Assembly (NCBI GenBank): GCA_964487805.1
Contig: CAZAST010000002.1
Coordinates: 1 to 37,021 of the forward strand
DNA length: 37,021 bases
Direction: 5' to 3'
DNA from: an uncultured Syntrophaceae bacterium
GTDB taxonomy: Bacteria; Desulfobacterota; Syntrophia; Syntrophales; UBA2210
Part shown: one piece after another, positions 36,091-37,021 of the stretch
Layout of the letters: each line of letters begins with the position of its first letter
How positions within the stretch are numbered: position 1 is the stretch's first letter
Notes under the pieces: generated by a model
Databases searched by the model: none
Seen by the model: the letters and a program-made list of their open reading frames with translations, nothing else
Told to the model about the DNA's origin: nothing
Position numbers and translations under genes: made by a program

Positions 36091-36256
36091 GGCAATCTCC
36101 CGAGTCTTTCCCCTCGCGTATACGGGAATTGAATATACCATAGATCATATTTATTCAAGGCGGAAATATTGACAAGGATACGTGTTTCATATACTAAGAG
36201 CCTTCCATACGCCGCTCCGGGCCAGCCTGTATTCGCCGGAGCCAGGGGGTTGAACC

Positions 36257-37021
36257 ATGGTGACGGTCAAAGAGGCCTTGGCCCGCATTCTCGATTCCGT
36301 CGAGATCCTCAGTCTTGAAAAGACGGATATCCTGAGCGCACTGGGACGGGTAATCGGAGAGGATATCCACGCCCCCCGCCACATTCCCCCGAAGGACAAC
36401 TCGGCCATGGACGGCTACGCGGTGAGATCGGAAGATACGGCAGACGCCGATACTGATAATCCCGCGATTCTTACTGTTATTGAGGATATACCGGCAGGGT
36501 ACACACCTCGAAAGAAGATAGGGCCCGGTGAAGCGGCGCGGATCATGACGGGGGCCCCCATCCCGGAGGGGGCCGATGCGGTTGTGAAGGTCGAGGAAAC
36601 GACGTGCGAAAATGCCGGAGTGCGGATATGCGCGGCGGTGCCGCACGGCGACAACATCAGATATGCCGGTGAGGATGTCCGGACGGGAGACCTGGTCATA
36701 CCCGCGGGGACGGTTCTGAGACCCGCGGAAATCGGGATGCTGGCGGCCCTCGGACGCTCCTTTGTGAAGGTCCACCGCAGGCCTCTGGTGGCGCTCATAT
36801 CCACGGGCGATGAACTGGTGGACATCGATGATGCCGTGTCAACCGATAAGATTGTCAACAGCAACAGCTATTCTCTCGCGGCGCAGGTGATGGAATGCGG
36901 AGGCGTTCCCTTACAGCTCGGTATCGCGAAGGATACCAGAGACGACCTGACCCGGAAATTCCAAGCGGCTCTCCGGGCTGATATCATTGTCTCCTCGGCC
37001 GGAGTATCGGTGGGGGATTAC
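36257..37021 (+). CDS. moeA: molybdopterin molybdenumtransferase, N-terminal 255 aa (runs off the right window edge)
   Basis: This ORF is absent from the track because it is edge-truncated. My own translation from the ATG at 36257 reads MVTVKEALARILDSVEILSLEKTDILSALGRVIGEDIHAPRHIPPKDNSAMDGYAVRSED...TGDELVD...IVNSNSYSLAAQ...SSAGVSVGDY. AGGGGG lies 6-7 nt upstream. Confidence 0.85.
   Translation, partial: MVTVKEALARILDSVEILSLEKTDILSALGRVIGEDIHAPRHIPPKDNSAMDGYAVRSEDTADADTDNPAILTVIEDIPAGYTPRKKIGPGEAARIMTGAPIPEGADAVVKVEETTCENAGVRICAAVPHGDNIRYAGEDVRTGDLVIPAGTVLRPAEIGMLAALGRSFVKVHRRPLVALISTGDELVDIDDAVSTDKIVNSNSYSLAAQVMECGGVPLQLGIAKDTRDDLTRKFQAALRADIIVSSAGVSVGDY

Noticed and set aside
1-37021. CRISPR arrays, tRNA or rRNA genes, IS elements, integrases, prophage or defence-system genes
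   Set aside because: I saw no regularly spaced direct repeats, no tRNA-like acceptor or T-arm sequences in intergenic regions, and no transposase, integrase or nuclease-helicase defence signatures among the ORFs. Visual scanning of 37 kb can still miss short or degenerate repeats.

Overview
This 37 kb window is a gene-dense chromosomal segment of about 55% GC. Its gene content suggests a strictly anaerobic, sigma-54-using bacterium, possibly deltaproteobacterial or Syntrophia-like; this taxonomic guess is inference only. I saw no rRNA or tRNA genes, CRISPR arrays, transposases, integrases or recognisable defence genes, so it looks like core genome rather than an island.

Content from left to right:
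- A minus-strand nitrogen-assimilation block: GAF-domain sigma-54 activator, glnA, a class I amidotransferase, and split GOGAT-like genes.
- A small set of loosely related genes: PGPGW membrane protein, HDIG phosphohydrolase, family-4 UDG, cupin, and a SagB-type nitroreductase.
- A J-domain/MinD-ParA fusion protein.
- A type III glutamine synthetase (glnN).
- A butyryl-CoA:acetate-type CoA-transferase.
- A stand-alone trpB2 followed by a Cys-rich mini-protein.
- rarA.
- paaK, an ACT-domain gene, pdxS/pdxT, and a tungsten-type aldehyde:ferredoxin oxidoreductase.
- A two-gene sufC/sufB pair.
- A minus-strand nadA, mfd, surA-like, uvrA, fmdB string.
- The 5' part of moeA.

I did not find a convincing multi-gene novel system. 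The observations most worth following are regulatory or architectural:
1. A trpL-like Trp-Trp leader peptide with two tandem intrinsic terminators in front of the orphan trpB2.
2. An identical 15-nt palindromic element placed 104-105 bp upstream of the -24 GG of the sigma-54 promoters of both glutamine synthetase genes, next to a GAF-type enhancer-binding protein.
3. The J-domain/MinD fusion, which has a sigma-28-like promoter.
4. A SufC with a Cys-bearing insertion and a CxxC tail.
5. A 400-nt apparently non-coding gap holding a Cys-rich mini-ORF just upstream of the cupin and SagB-like pair.

All functional calls come from reading the translated ORFs and from motif memory. No database search was possible.
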